NCBI GenBank assembly: GCA_035272385.1
Contig: DATEQS010000045.1
Span: 31,111 to 95,110, forward strand
Reading direction: 5' to 3'
DNA: 64,000 nucleotides
Origin: Thermoplasmata archaeon
GTDB taxonomy: Archaea > Thermoplasmatota > Thermoplasmata > Lutacidiplasmatales > UBA184
Shown: one piece after another, positions 10,398 to 20,155 of the stretch
Layout of the letters: every line of letters begins with the position of its first letter
How positions within the stretch are numbered: position 1 is the first letter of the stretch
Position numbers and translations under genes: made by a program
The notes under the pieces: model-generated
Told to the model about the DNA's origin: nothing
The model's database searches: none
The model's input: the letters and a program-made list of their open reading frames with translations, nothing else

Positions 10398-10970
10398 GTG
10401 CCCGACACCAAGTTGCCCATGCCTCCAGCTCCGAAGAAACGCAAATCCGCATCCCGGAAGTCGGCGTCGCCCTCTCCCATCCCGCCCGGTTTCGGGACCG
10501 TGACCGCGTACCTCACAGTGGACGGAGGGCTCGCGGCGATGGAATTCTACAAGCAGGCGTTCGGCGCCCGCGAGCTGCTTCGGCGCGTAACGCCGAACGG
10601 GAAGCTGATCCACGGTCAGCTGCGGATCGGGGATACGGTCGTGCTCCTCTCGGATGTGTTCCCCGATTCGAACAGCGCCGCCCCGTCCGCGATCGGCACC
10701 ACGACGGTCACCCTGCACGTCTACACAAAGGACGTCGACGCCCTCTGGGACCGCGCCGTGGCCGCGGGGGCCAAGGTCTCGATGCCGCTCGAGAATCAGT
10801 TCTGGGGCGAACGCTACGGTCGTCTGATCGACCCGTTCGGCCACCACTGGACGCTCGCGATGCGAGTCAAGATGTCGCGCCCGGAGATGGCCGCCAAGCA
10901 GCACGAGGCCGAAGCCTCTTTTGCCCGTGGGGAGCATCCCGGAAAGGACCCCCGGTACGGCGACGCGTAG
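10398..10970 (+). CDS. VOC family protein (PhnB/YjdN-like)
   Basis: VTAYLTVDGGLAAMEFYKQAFGA ... FWGERYGRLIDPFGHHWTL. There is a basic ~35-aa N-terminal extension. Alternative ATG at 10419. Confidence 0.8.
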   Translation: MPDTKLPMPPAPKKRKSASRKSASPSPIPPGFGTVTAYLTVDGGLAAMEFYKQAFGARELLRRVTPNGKLIHGQLRIGDTVVLLSDVFPDSNSAAPSAIGTTTVTLHVYTKDVDALWDRAVAAGAKVSMPLENQFWGERYGRLIDPFGHHWTLAMRVKMSRPEMAAKQHEAEASFARGEHPGKDPRYGDA

Positions 10971-11111
10971 ACCGACCGCCACGGCGCACCTCGGCAAGGT
11001 TCCGGCGAGCCCAAAGGACCGTTCGGAACCGCCGCGGGGACGGCCCAAAAAGTTCTTGGTCCCGGTTGCTGGAGGGGAGAGCGTCGAACGGAACACAGGA
11101 GCGCACGGTCG

Positions 11112-11651
11112 GTGATCGATTGGTTCAACATCGCCATTTGGTCGCTGGTCGGAACTTGGGTCCTCGTCCTGGGGACTTTGCTGCTCATGTATTGGCAGAC
11201 CCTGCAAGCGCAGAAGCTCAACTCCGCGAACGCGGTGATGAATCTCCGGGAACGATTCGATAGTCCCCGGATGCGCGCCTCCCGGCGTCACTTGAGCGAA
11301 CGTCTCCTCAAACAGGCTCACCAGGATATCTCGAACCTCGAAGTGATCACATTCTTCGAGCTCGTCGGAACCCTCACCCATCGAAAGGTGCTCGAGGACG
11401 ACCTCGTCTGGGAGGCGTTCGGAGGATGGGTCACGGCGTACTACTGGGGGCTTCGACACCCGGTGGACATGATCGGCAACCTGAGGACGACGATGAACGA
11501 CCCGCTCATCTTCCACGAGTTCGAATGGCTCTACAATCGCGTGGTGACGATCGACCGGCATCGGCTCGGGCCCGCCGCTGACTCGGGACCTCCTGCGGCG
11601 GAGGACTCGGACCGCTTCATGGCTCGAGAGTCGAAGCTCGAGTCGATCTGA
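11112..11651 (+). CDS. membrane-anchored hypothetical protein
   Basis: N-terminal TM helix (IAIWSLVGTWVLVLGTLLLMYW) followed by a soluble helical domain. GTG start. Confidence 0.6.
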   Translation: MIDWFNIAIWSLVGTWVLVLGTLLLMYWQTLQAQKLNSANAVMNLRERFDSPRMRASRRHLSERLLKQAHQDISNLEVITFFELVGTLTHRKVLEDDLVWEAFGGWVTAYYWGLRHPVDMIGNLRTTMNDPLIFHEFEWLYNRVVTIDRHRLGPAADSGPPAAEDSDRFMARESKLESI

Positions 11652-11744
11652 TTGGGAGTTCCGGGTCGGTTTCGCCGGTCGTCGGTCAAGCCGACTCGAC
11701 CGCGGGGTTAATCGGAGCGGCGCGGTGAGCCGAACGATTGGGTT

Positions 11745-12425
11745 ATGGTCGACCCTCCGGGCCCTCCCGTCCCGCTCGCCGATCGGAAGACGGCCGGAGA
11801 GCAACTCGCGGAACGCTTACTCCATTACCGAGATCAATCGCCTGTGGTACTGGCGCTCCCCCGCGGCGGGGTCCCGGTGGCGTTCGAGATCGCTCAACGA
11901 TTGAACGCACCGCTCGACGTGCTCATCGTTCGGAAGGTCGGTGCCCCGTCCAATCCCGAGTACGGGCTCGGCGCGGTCGTTGAGGGAGGCACTCGCTTTC
12001 TGGATGAGCCACGGATCCATGCCGCCGGATACACCGTGAGGGACCTCGGTCCCACGATCGCACGTGAGGCAGCCGAGGTCGAGCGGAGAGCCCAGGAGTA
12101 TCGAGCGGGAAAACCCGCCGCCGAACTCCGGGACCGAACGGTGATCCTGGTGGACGACGGGGTCGCCACCGGAGGCACGGTTCTCGCCGCGCTCCGGGCC
12201 GTCCGGCTCCGGGAACCTCGCCGGATCGTCCTCGCCCTTGGCGTCGCTCCCCCCGATACCGTGGACACCCTCCGGCCCGAGGTTGACGATCTCGTGGTCC
12301 TCCTGGTTCCCTCGGTGTTCTTTGCCGTCGGCGAGTGGTACCACCGGTTCAGTCAAGTGAGCGACGGGGAGGTCCGGCGCTTGCTCGAACGGTCGCGAAC
12401 ACCGTCGACGCTCCCCGGGAGTTGA
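11745..12425 (+). CDS. phosphoribosyltransferase family protein
   Basis: LALPRGGVPVAFEIA and the PRPP-binding loop VILVDDGVATGGT. Confidence 0.85.
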   Translation: MVDPPGPPVPLADRKTAGEQLAERLLHYRDQSPVVLALPRGGVPVAFEIAQRLNAPLDVLIVRKVGAPSNPEYGLGAVVEGGTRFLDEPRIHAAGYTVRDLGPTIAREAAEVERRAQEYRAGKPAAELRDRTVILVDDGVATGGTVLAALRAVRLREPRRIVLALGVAPPDTVDTLRPEVDDLVVLLVPSVFFAVGEWYHRFSQVSDGEVRRLLERSRTPSTLPGS

Positions 12426-12605
12426 CCCGCGAGGTCGTTCGGACCAGTCGAGCCGGAGCCGGTTTTCGCCCCCGCGTGAGCGAAGATAACGTACGACCGA
12501 GGGCCCTCGCTCGGGGGAAAGAGTGACCGCCCGAGGAGCCCGGGCGAAGCTCGTCAGCTACGTTCGACGGAGGCGACAATACCCCTACTCGGGCTAAAGT
12601 CCACC

Positions 12606-13166
12606 ATGCCCTCCCCCGCTGTATCGACGCAAAAGACCACCTCACACCGCCCGCGCGCGCCCGCCCGCTCCCGACGGCCGGTTCGGGACTCCTTTGTCTA
12701 CAACGTGAACGTTCGGGACGTAATGAGTCGTCAGCCGATTACGGTCGGTCCGGACGCGACCCTCCTCGACGCGCTGGTCCTGATGCGGGGGCAGAAGGTT
12801 TCCGGGCTCCCGGTCGTGGAGGAGGACGGGAGGCTCGTCGGAGTCCTTAGTCAGCGGGACGTCGCCCGGACGTTGAAAAGCGCCGGGGGAATTCCGGAAG
12901 TGACCGGACTCTTCGACCTCCTGATGTTCGGTCTTTCGGAAGACTCGGGCGTCAACGTTCAGGTGCTGCGTCGGATCCTCGAGGAAACGAACGTCCGAGA
13001 TGCGATGTCGAGCCCTCCCATCTTCCTCGCGTCCGACGCCCCACTCGAGCTCGCGGCCGAGATGATGCGGGAGAACGACATCAACCGCATCCCGGTGATG
13101 CGAGGGGACCGTCTCATCGGAATCGTCACCCGAAACGACCTGGTGCGGGCCCTCGTCCATTCGTGA
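12606..13166 (+). CDS. CBS domain pair protein
   Basis: Two CBS repeats (VRDVMSRQPITV...GLPVVEEDGRLVGVLS and VRDAMSSPPIF...RIPVMRGDRLIGIVT). The real start is probably the in-frame GTG at 12705. Confidence 0.8.
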   Translation: MPSPAVSTQKTTSHRPRAPARSRRPVRDSFVYNVNVRDVMSRQPITVGPDATLLDALVLMRGQKVSGLPVVEEDGRLVGVLSQRDVARTLKSAGGIPEVTGLFDLLMFGLSEDSGVNVQVLRRILEETNVRDAMSSPPIFLASDAPLELAAEMMRENDINRIPVMRGDRLIGIVTRNDLVRALVHS

Positions 13167-13204
13167 ACTTCGACCCCCCGGACGGGGGCCAGGCCACGTC
13201 CTAC

Positions 13205-13621
13205 CTACGACGGACGGGCGGTGGATGCGACCACCGCGACGACATGGACCGGAAGTCGGGCCTCTCGAAAGATCCGGCTCACCGGACAGAGCTCGAGGGT
13301 AGCCCGCAACGTGGCATCGACCTCGCTTCGCTCGGCGCGGGTCCGCAATCGAAGGGTTCCGTGGAGGCCTCCCTCGGCCGCCGACGGGGGTTCGCCCTCG
13401 AGGACCACCGTGAGTCCGGAGAAACCTAACCGTCGCTTCCGAGCGACCAAGGCGAACGTCGAGGCGAGGCTCCCGGCGAGAGCGAGCACCGAGAGCTCCA
13501 GCGGGGTAGTTCCCGCGCTCGCGCCGCCTTCCTCCGGCGGGAGGTCGACCAGCACCGAGTGCGCCCGGCCGTCCTCGAGAAGGAACTCATGTCCCTTTCT
13601 CCACGTAGCGAGGGCTTGCAT
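13205..13621 (-). CDS. OsmC/Ohr family protein
   Basis: 138 aa. GTTPLELSVLALAGS and LELCPVS are typical of the OsmC fold. Confidence 0.82.
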   Translation of the reverse strand: MQALATWRKGHEFLLEDGRAHSVLVDLPPEEGGASAGTTPLELSVLALAGSLASTFALVARKRRLGFSGLTVVLEGEPPSAAEGGLHGTLRLRTRAERSEVDATLRATLELCPVSRIFREARLPVHVVAVVASTARPS

Positions 13622-13686
13622 CGAACCGGCCTAGGTTTGGGGTCGGAAGAACGAGCCGTGAAATCGGGCTGACCTTCCCAAGCCCT

Positions 13687-14421
13687 CTACTCCGCGGAGA
13701 CCAGATGTCCGGGGAGGTGGGAAGGTCTCGGGCGTTCGAAGACCAGGACATAGTGCGAGGGTCCGAGTTCGAAGGAATCGACCCGCACCAAACCGTGGGA
13801 CCGAAGGGCCGCCGTGGCTTCCGGGATGGCGAGGCGATGCTGTATCGGGGGCCCCTCCGGGGTCTCCTCCTTCTTCCAGTCCACGTCGATGAGACGTCCG
13901 CCCGGGCGAAGCAAACGAACCGCCTCTTGGACGGACTTCGGAGGGATCCCGTGGAATACGTTCGCGAGAATGACGACATCGGCGAGAGCGTCCTCGATCG
14001 GGATATGTTGCGGAGTCGAAAGCACGGGTTCCACGTTATGGATCTTGCCCGTGTCGGTCTTCTCCCGGACGAGCTTCACGAGTTCCTCGGAGACGTCGAC
14101 CGCGTAGACTCGACCCTTGGGCCCGACCACCGTAGCCGCGGGAAACGCGAAGAACCCGGACCCAGCACCCACGTCGACGACAATATCGCCCTCCTTCAGG
14201 CCGACCCGACGCCAGAGTTCGGCCGGGTCTTGGTTCGCCCGTCGCTCGGGTGAGTCGAGGACGGCCACCGCGTCCGCTCGGGTCCACTTCGCCTCGTGCA
14301 TCCGGCGATGGTCGAGGGGCCTCTTCCTCCCACCGTGGTGGGTCCGCCCGTGAGTCGGCGACGAACCGGCGGGTGGTCGACGGGGCGACCGCCGGCTCGA
14401 GACGGTCGGGGCCTTTTTCAT
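13687..14421 (-). CDS. class I SAM-dependent methyltransferase
   Basis: SAM motif I VVDVGAGSGFFAF. ATG at 14421 is preceded by GGAAGGAG. The N-terminal ~40 aa are His/Arg-rich. Alternative ATG at 14301. Confidence 0.8.
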   Translation of the reverse strand: MKKAPTVSSRRSPRRPPAGSSPTHGRTHHGGRKRPLDHRRMHEAKWTRADAVAVLDSPERRANQDPAELWRRVGLKEGDIVVDVGAGSGFFAFPAATVVGPKGRVYAVDVSEELVKLVREKTDTGKIHNVEPVLSTPQHIPIEDALADVVILANVFHGIPPKSVQEAVRLLRPGGRLIDVDWKKEETPEGPPIQHRLAIPEATAALRSHGLVRVDSFELGPSHYVLVFERPRPSHLPGHLVSAE

Positions 14422-14542
14422 GCGTTCTCCTTCCCTGCGGTCTTGTCGGGTCAAGCCTGCGGAGTCTCCGACGGATTGCAAGTGGCGGGCTTTGGAATAG
14501 AGTTTCCTCCACGTACTCGGATGCGGCGCGGGGGCTCCCGGA

Positions 14543-15013
14543 TCACACGTGCACCATGAGTCGCGCCCCGGAGCCGCCGAGGAGACCCCCCTGCCAATAG
14601 ACCGCGAAGAGGTTGTCGGGCGAGACGAACAACGTCGTGTTGACCGGGGGAGCAAAGGAGTCGCCCAGCACGAAGGAGTAGACTGTTCCGTTCGGCTCGG
14701 TACCGTTGCCGTGCATGATGCCTCCCGACAAGGCGTACCAATTGGTGAGCCACAGCGAGAAACTCACATTGTGGAACGAGGTGGATTCGGGGGAAGTGTG
14801 ATTGACCGGGAAGATGGGCATGGTCAAGAAGAACGTCGTGAAGTAGTACCGTTCTCCGTCCAGGACGAGGATGTTCGGCGCCGAGTAATTGGGTTTCAGG
14901 CCGGGGATTGCGCCCCCAAAGAGAGCCGCGCCGAAGGCCGCCATGACGACAAGGCCCACTAGGAGGACCTTCGCTTGAGTGCCTGTGATCGGGAAATCCC
15001 GGTCCATCCCCAT
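14543..15013 (-). CDS. membrane-anchored extracytoplasmic protein, hypothetical
   Basis: Only the last 156 aa of ORF 14543..15907 look real. Features are a TM or signal anchor (VLLVGLVVMAAFGAALFGG) and several N-x-S/T sequons (NHT, NVS, NGT, NTT). ATG verified at 15013. Confidence 0.55.
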   Translation of the reverse strand: MGMDRDFPITGTQAKVLLVGLVVMAAFGAALFGGAIPGLKPNYSAPNILVLDGERYYFTTFFLTMPIFPVNHTSPESTSFHNVSFSLWLTNWYALSGGIMHGNGTEPNGTVYSFVLGDSFAPPVNTTLFVSPDNLFAVYWQGGLLGGSGARLMVHV

Positions 15014-15118
15014 GGGTGCTCGAGAAGAGATGGAGAGCGGGGGCGTACTTAGCCTTCCGTCGGCCGACACGGACGACCCCACGGTTTTCTTCAATATCGG
15101 TGGCGACTTCCCGTCGTC

Positions 15119-16069
15119 ATGCGCGCCGTCGCGGTCTCTCGATTTCACGCTCCCCCGGAAGTGATGGACCTCCCGATTCCCTCCGTCGGCCCGGCGGAGA
15201 TGCTCGTCCGGGTGGCGTTCGCCGGCATCAACCCGCTCGACTGGAAGATCGGCGAGGGATTCTACGAAGGAAGTCGCCCCCACGTCTTTCCGCTCGTGCT
15301 GGGAGTCGACGCGGCGGGGACGGTGGAGGCCGTCGGGCCCGAGGTGACCGGGTTTCGCGTAGGAGAGAGAGTCTTCGGTCAGTTCCTTCATAGCCCCGTC
15401 GGCACCGGGACGTATGCGGACCACGCACCCGTCCCCGAGGGGATCGCGGTCGGACGAATTCCGGAAGGATTGAGGACTGAAGAGGCGGCCGCGCTCCCCA
15501 CCGCCGGAATGACCGCGCTCGCGTGCCTCGACGCTCTGGCTCTTGCGCCGGGAAACTCGCTGGTCATCGTCGGGGCGTCCGGCGGGGTGGGATCGTATGC
15601 GACGGAGCTCGCCGCCGCGAGGGGGGTCAAGGTTACGGCGGTTGCGCGAACGACCTCGACGGCTCGGCTCCGTTCGTTGGGCGCCGTGGAGGTCGTCGAC
15701 CCATCGGCGGGAGCGGGACTGGCCGCCGTCTCGCAGATTCACCCGGGCGGGGTCGACGGCCTTCTGGATCTCATGAGCGATGGAGCAGGGTTCACCCGCT
15801 GGACCGCGGTTGTACGCCGAGGCGGGGCCGCGACTATAACCACTCACTCGGCGGACGTGGAGGCGCTGAAACGTTCCGGGATTCGGGGCGGTAATGTCGA
15901 TCTGCAACCCAGCACGAACTTACTCGAACGCCTGACCCGAGAAGTGATCGACCACCACCTCAAAGTGCCGGTGGAACGGCGGGTCCGATTGGACGCGGCG
16001 CCAACGGCCCTCGCGGAGTTGAAGGCCGGCCGTGGGTCGGGAAAGACGGTGGTCGATCTCGCGTTGTAA
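15119..16069 (+). CDS. NADPH:quinone oxidoreductase / zinc-type alcohol dehydrogenase superfamily (MDR)
   Basis: VRVAFAGINPLDWK, GVDAAGTVEAVG, and the Rossmann motif LVIVGASGGVGSYA. Confidence 0.88.
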   Translation: MRAVAVSRFHAPPEVMDLPIPSVGPAEMLVRVAFAGINPLDWKIGEGFYEGSRPHVFPLVLGVDAAGTVEAVGPEVTGFRVGERVFGQFLHSPVGTGTYADHAPVPEGIAVGRIPEGLRTEEAAALPTAGMTALACLDALALAPGNSLVIVGASGGVGSYATELAAARGVKVTAVARTTSTARLRSLGAVEVVDPSAGAGLAAVSQIHPGGVDGLLDLMSDGAGFTRWTAVVRRGGAATITTHSADVEALKRSGIRGGNVDLQPSTNLLERLTREVIDHHLKVPVERRVRLDAAPTALAELKAGRGSGKTVVDLAL

Positions 16070-16116
16070 CGAGTGAGAATCCCCGGGACCGATCGTTCGG
16101 GGCGGGCGGCCGGGGG

Positions 16117-16488
16117 CTATCGGGTGCGCTTCTCCGAGCGCGAGTCCAGTCGAACAGCCTCACGGACCAGGGTCTCGAAAGCCCGGGCTCGGGCCTCGGA
16201 AAGGGTCCGCAATTTCACGTGGCGCAGGTTCTTCCCCGTCCCTTCGAGCAGGCCATGAGGGTCCGACAGGGAGGATCCCCGCCAGAACTCAACGCCGACA
16301 TGTTGGGTGAACGCGCCGATGACCAGAACGAGGTCGGTTCCGACGAGCCACGGAAGACCCCATCGGAGCTCCGTGCGGAGCAGCGGAGCCACTTTCTTCA
16401 CCACCTGGCGGGCCGTCTCCGCGATTCGGTCCATGTCCGCCCCGGTGGAGACCCTCGAGCGGGCGGCCTTCGTCATGGTACTATCCAA
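16117..16488 (-). CDS. DUF1801 (YdhG-like) domain protein
   Basis: 123 aa. The pattern WGLPWLVGTDLVLVIGAFTQHVGVEFWRG ... HVKL matches the family as I remember it. Unverified. Confidence 0.65.
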   Translation of the reverse strand: MDSTMTKAARSRVSTGADMDRIAETARQVVKKVAPLLRTELRWGLPWLVGTDLVLVIGAFTQHVGVEFWRGSSLSDPHGLLEGTGKNLRHVKLRTLSEARARAFETLVREAVRLDSRSEKRTR

Positions 16489-16553
16489 TTCGAACGGGTA
16501 TGTAAACGCTCAGAATTCTCCCGGAGGAGACGGATGTCGAGGGCCGGTCCGGG

Positions 16554-16730
16554 TCACTCGAGGATGATGACCTCGGCCTTCGGCGCCTTGAATCCCACTT
16601 TCCGATGAGTGCCGTCGCAAAAGGGTTTGTTCGATGAGTGCCCGCACCGGCAGAGCTCGCTGACGAACTTCCCATCTACGAGCACAATGTTCGGACCATT
16701 CTCGTTCGCCAGGACGGTCACCTTCGGCAT
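16554..16730 (-). CDS. CDGSH iron-sulfur domain protein
   Basis: Signature CRCGHSSNKPFCDGTH. ATG verified at 16730 (MPKVTVLANENGP). Confidence 0.82.
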   Translation of the reverse strand: MPKVTVLANENGPNIVLVDGKFVSELCRCGHSSNKPFCDGTHRKVGFKAPKAEVIILE

Positions 16731-16933
16731 GGCCCCTTTTCCGGAAAGGCCTCGGACCACCTAAAAATCGCGGCCGGTTCCCGGGGGCTCCGTCGAACCG
16801 AGCAAACGAACGGCTTTTGGACCGGCCGGGGGTAGGTTTCCGAGCCAACCGGCGATCCCGTAACCTCTCTCATCCGACCCACGGGTCCGGGAGGCTCGAT
16901 CCGCCCGGAAGGCAGGAAACGGGGACAGGGCTG

Positions 16934-19783
16934 ATGGTGACCTTCAATCTGGACAAGATCTTCAAGCCCCGCAGCGTGGCCGTCCTCGGCGCGAGCGACA
17001 CGGAGGGGTCCGTCGGTTACGCGGTCGCGACCAACTTTGCCAAGGGCGAGTTCGAGGGAAAAGCCTTCTTTGTCAATCCTCACAAGACCGAGATCCTCGG
17101 TGTCAAGGTCTACCCCTCCATTGGGGCGATCCCGGAACCGGTGGACCTGGCGATCATCGCCACTCCCGCGAAGACCGTGCGGGAACTGGTCGAGGAGTGC
17201 GGCCAGGCCGGTGTGAAGGGCGTCATCATCCTGTCGGCCGGTTTCAAGGAGACCGGCCCGGCAGGCCGGGTCCTCGAGGACGAGATCCTTGAGGTGGCGC
17301 ACAAGTACGGTATTCGGGTCGTCGGCCCGAATTGCCTCGGCATCATCCGGCCGGGACTCCACCTCAACGGGACCTTCCTCGCCAAGGTCCCGAAGCCGGG
17401 AACCGTGACGTTCCTCTCCCAGAGCGGGGCCCTGGGTTCGGCGATCCTGGACGTGGCCATCCACGAGAACGTCGGGTTCTCGACCTTCGTCTCCGTCGGG
17501 TCGATGATCGATGTCGACTTCGGCGACCTCATCGACTACTTCGGGAGCGACCCCCACACCCGAAGCATTCTGATGTACGTCGAGGGGATTACGGACGCGC
17601 GCAAATTCATGAGCGCAGCCCGGCACTTCGCCCGGGCCAAGCCGATCGTGGTCGTGAAGGCCGGGCGGTTCCGGGAGAGCGCTCGGGCCGTCGCCTCGCA
17701 TACGGGCGCCCTATCGGGCGAGGACCAGATCTACGACGCCGCGTTCAAGCGCGCGGGGATCGTCCGAGTCGAGGAGATCGCGGACCTGTTCAACGCGGCG
17801 GAGGTCCTGAGCACTCAGCCACTGCCCAAGGGGCCCAACCTCGCCATCATCACGAATGCCGGCGGTCCGGGCATCATGACCAGCGATGCGCTCCTCGGCC
17901 GGGGAGGTACGTTGGCGGAACTGAGTCCCAAGACGATGGAGCGGCTCGACGCCGCGCTTCCCGCATTCTGGAGCCACGGGAACCCGATCGACCTGATCGG
18001 CGACGCGGGGCCCGAGCGCTACCGTGTCGCCCTGGAAGCATGCCTCGAAGACGACAACGTCGACGGGATCCTGCTCCTCCTCACCGCCCAGGCCATGATT
18101 CAACCTCTCGAGGTCGCCAAGACGATCGTCGAGGTGGTCCGAGCGAAGACCTACCAGAACAAGACGATCCTTGCGTCGTTCATGGGCCGCACGAAGGTCG
18201 CGGAGGCGAACGCCTTCTTCGCCGCCAACAACATTCCCACGTACTCCTCGCCCGAAGAGGCGGTCAAGACCTACCTCACGATGTACCAGTATCGCCGGAA
18301 CATCGGCCTCCTCTACGAGACCCCCGAGGAGGTCCCGGTGGCCGCCTCCCCACCGAAGCGGCCGATCTCCGTCATTCTCAAAGGGGCCGCGAAGGAAGGA
18401 CGCGAGGCGCTGACCGAGGAGGAAGCGAAGCGTCTTCTCAAGTTCTACGGCTTCCCGGTCGTTCCCACCGAGGTCGCCACCACAGCGGAAGAGGCGACCG
18501 CCCGCGCCCGCCACTTTGGTTTCCCGGTCGTTCTTAAGATCCTCTCACCGGACATTCTTCACAAGTCGGACGCCGGCGGGGTGGCGCTCGACGTGGGTTC
18601 CGAGGAAGAGGTTCGTCGCCAGTTTGACGTGCTGGTCCAGAAGGCCAAACTGTACAAGCCCTCCGCCCAGATCGTTGGGGTAACCGTCCAGCCGATGATC
18701 CCGAGGGGAGGTTACGAACTGATCGTGGGCGGAAAGATCGACCCGCTGTTCGGTCCGGTGATCCTGTTCGGCATGGGCGGTGTCGGGGTGGAGCTCTACA
18801 AGGACACCGCGGTCGCTCTTCCGCCCCTCAACACGACGCTGATCCGGAGGATGCTCGAAGAGACGAGGGTCTACCAGCTCCTCAAAGGCTACCGGAATCA
18901 GCCGAAGGCCAACCTCGAGCTGCTGGAGAAGACGCTCCTCCTCTTTTCCCAACTGCTGGTCGATTTCCCCCAGATCAAGGAGATCGACATCAACCCGCTC
19001 CTCCTCACGGAGGATAAGATCCACATCCTCGACGCCCGGATCCTGATCGACAAGGACCTCGCGCTTCGGGAGCACGACATCCACGCGCAACTCGTCATCA
19101 GTCCGTACCCGAAAAAGTACGAAACCCACTGGAAGATGGGGAACGGGGAGGAGGTCCTGCTCCGTCCGATCAAGCCCGAGGACGAACCGCTGTGGCTCGA
19201 GATGTTCCAGGGGTTCTCGGAGGAATCGATCCGGTACCGGTTCTTCCAGGTCATCAAGGACACTCCGCACGAAGTCCGGGTGCGCTACTGCAACATCGAC
19301 TACGACCGAGAGATCGCGATCGTTCCGGAACTGACCCGGAACGGAAAGCGGAGAATCCTCGGGGTGGGTCGGCTCTCGATCGAACCCGACGGCAAGAGCG
19401 GCGAGTTCGCGATCATCGTCACGGACGAGTTCCAGGGGGTGGGACTGGGCACGAAGCTCGCAGACCAGGTCTTGGACATCGCCTACGAGATGGGCGTCGA
19501 GCGGGTCTACTCCGTCATGCTCGCCGACAACTACCGGGCGCTCTCGCTGATGAAGAGGATGGGGTTTTCGCTCACCTATTCGGACGACGGCACCGTGGAA
19601 GCGGTTCTGGACCTTCGGGGCGGCCACGGCCCCCCACAGCCCCCGACCAAGGGGCTACCGGCCATCCCTACCGAAGGGGAGTTCGCCCGTCTCCCCTCGA
19701 CGATCCGGAGCGTCGAGAGGACCCCGCCCGGAATCGACGAGATCCTCCCATCGAACGACAAGCCGAAGTCTCCCGTCGGGTGA
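16934..19783 (+). CDS. ADP-forming acyl/acetyl-CoA synthetase fused to a C-terminal GNAT acetyltransferase (Pat/PatZ-like)
   Basis: N-terminal CoA-binding segment (IFKPRSVAVLGASD), the loop VASHTGALSG, ATP-grasp region (EEAKRLLKFYGFPVV...VVLKILSPDILHKSDAGGV), and a C-terminal GNAT (RYRFF...FAIIVTDEFQGVGLGTKL). ATG verified at 16934. Confidence 0.9.
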   Translation: MVTFNLDKIFKPRSVAVLGASDTEGSVGYAVATNFAKGEFEGKAFFVNPHKTEILGVKVYPSIGAIPEPVDLAIIATPAKTVRELVEECGQAGVKGVIILSAGFKETGPAGRVLEDEILEVAHKYGIRVVGPNCLGIIRPGLHLNGTFLAKVPKPGTVTFLSQSGALGSAILDVAIHENVGFSTFVSVGSMIDVDFGDLIDYFGSDPHTRSILMYVEGITDARKFMSAARHFARAKPIVVVKAGRFRESARAVASHTGALSGEDQIYDAAFKRAGIVRVEEIADLFNAAEVLSTQPLPKGPNLAIITNAGGPGIMTSDALLGRGGTLAELSPKTMERLDAALPAFWSHGNPIDLIGDAGPERYRVALEACLEDDNVDGILLLLTAQAMIQPLEVAKTIVEVVRAKTYQNKTILASFMGRTKVAEANAFFAANNIPTYSSPEEAVKTYLTMYQYRRNIGLLYETPEEVPVAASPPKRPISVILKGAAKEGREALTEEEAKRLLKFYGFPVVPTEVATTAEEATARARHFGFPVVLKILSPDILHKSDAGGVALDVGSEEEVRRQFDVLVQKAKLYKPSAQIVGVTVQPMIPRGGYELIVGGKIDPLFGPVILFGMGGVGVELYKDTAVALPPLNTTLIRRMLEETRVYQLLKGYRNQPKANLELLEKTLLLFSQLLVDFPQIKEIDINPLLLTEDKIHILDARILIDKDLALREHDIHAQLVISPYPKKYETHWKMGNGEEVLLRPIKPEDEPLWLEMFQGFSEESIRYRFFQVIKDTPHEVRVRYCNIDYDREIAIVPELTRNGKRRILGVGRLSIEPDGKSGEFAIIVTDEFQGVGLGTKLADQVLDIAYEMGVERVYSVMLADNYRALSLMKRMGFSLTYSDDGTVEAVLDLRGGHGPPQPPTKGLPAIPTEGEFARLPSTIRSVERTPPGIDEILPSNDKPKSPVG

Positions 19784-19816
19784 CTGTCGCCGGAATTCTC
19801 ACCGCCGTTCCGATTA

Positions 19817-20101
19817 CTACAGGTTTCCCGACCTTCGCCGGAGCCGGACGGCCAGCAGCACGCGCACGACGAGGATCAGACCCACCCCTCCCAAGATCGA
19901 TACCAGGAGCTCCGGGGTTGTCAGACCGAGATGGGAACGTGCCTCGGCGAGACTGAGGACGAGAATCACGACCCCAGCGTCCAAGCCGGCGAGCGTGAGG
20001 AGGACCGCGCGTAGTTGTCGCCGGGCGCGCCGCCTCGCCGCCTCCAGGGATTCCCGAGCCCCCGGCGTTACCTCCGACGGGTTCCCGATGTTGGGCTCCA
20101 T
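19817..20101 (-). CDS. small membrane protein (2 TM), hypothetical
   Basis: Two hydrophobic helices (AVLLTLAGLDAGVVILVLSL; LLVSILGGVGLILVVRVLLAV). ATG at 20101, or GTG at 20116. Confidence 0.45.
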   Translation of the reverse strand: MEPNIGNPSEVTPGARESLEAARRRARRQLRAVLLTLAGLDAGVVILVLSLAEARSHLGLTTPELLVSILGGVGLILVVRVLLAVRLRRRSGNL

Positions 20102-20155
20102 TCGGCTCGGAAGCACAGTAACCCGACGCCCCTCAAGGCGTCTCCAAGGGCCGGT

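Noticed and set aside
10326-11804. 492-aa minus-strand ORF across three plus-strand genes
   Set aside because: It is antisense to the VOC and membrane-anchored genes and spans their intergenic regions. The translation is Arg-rich and low in complexity.
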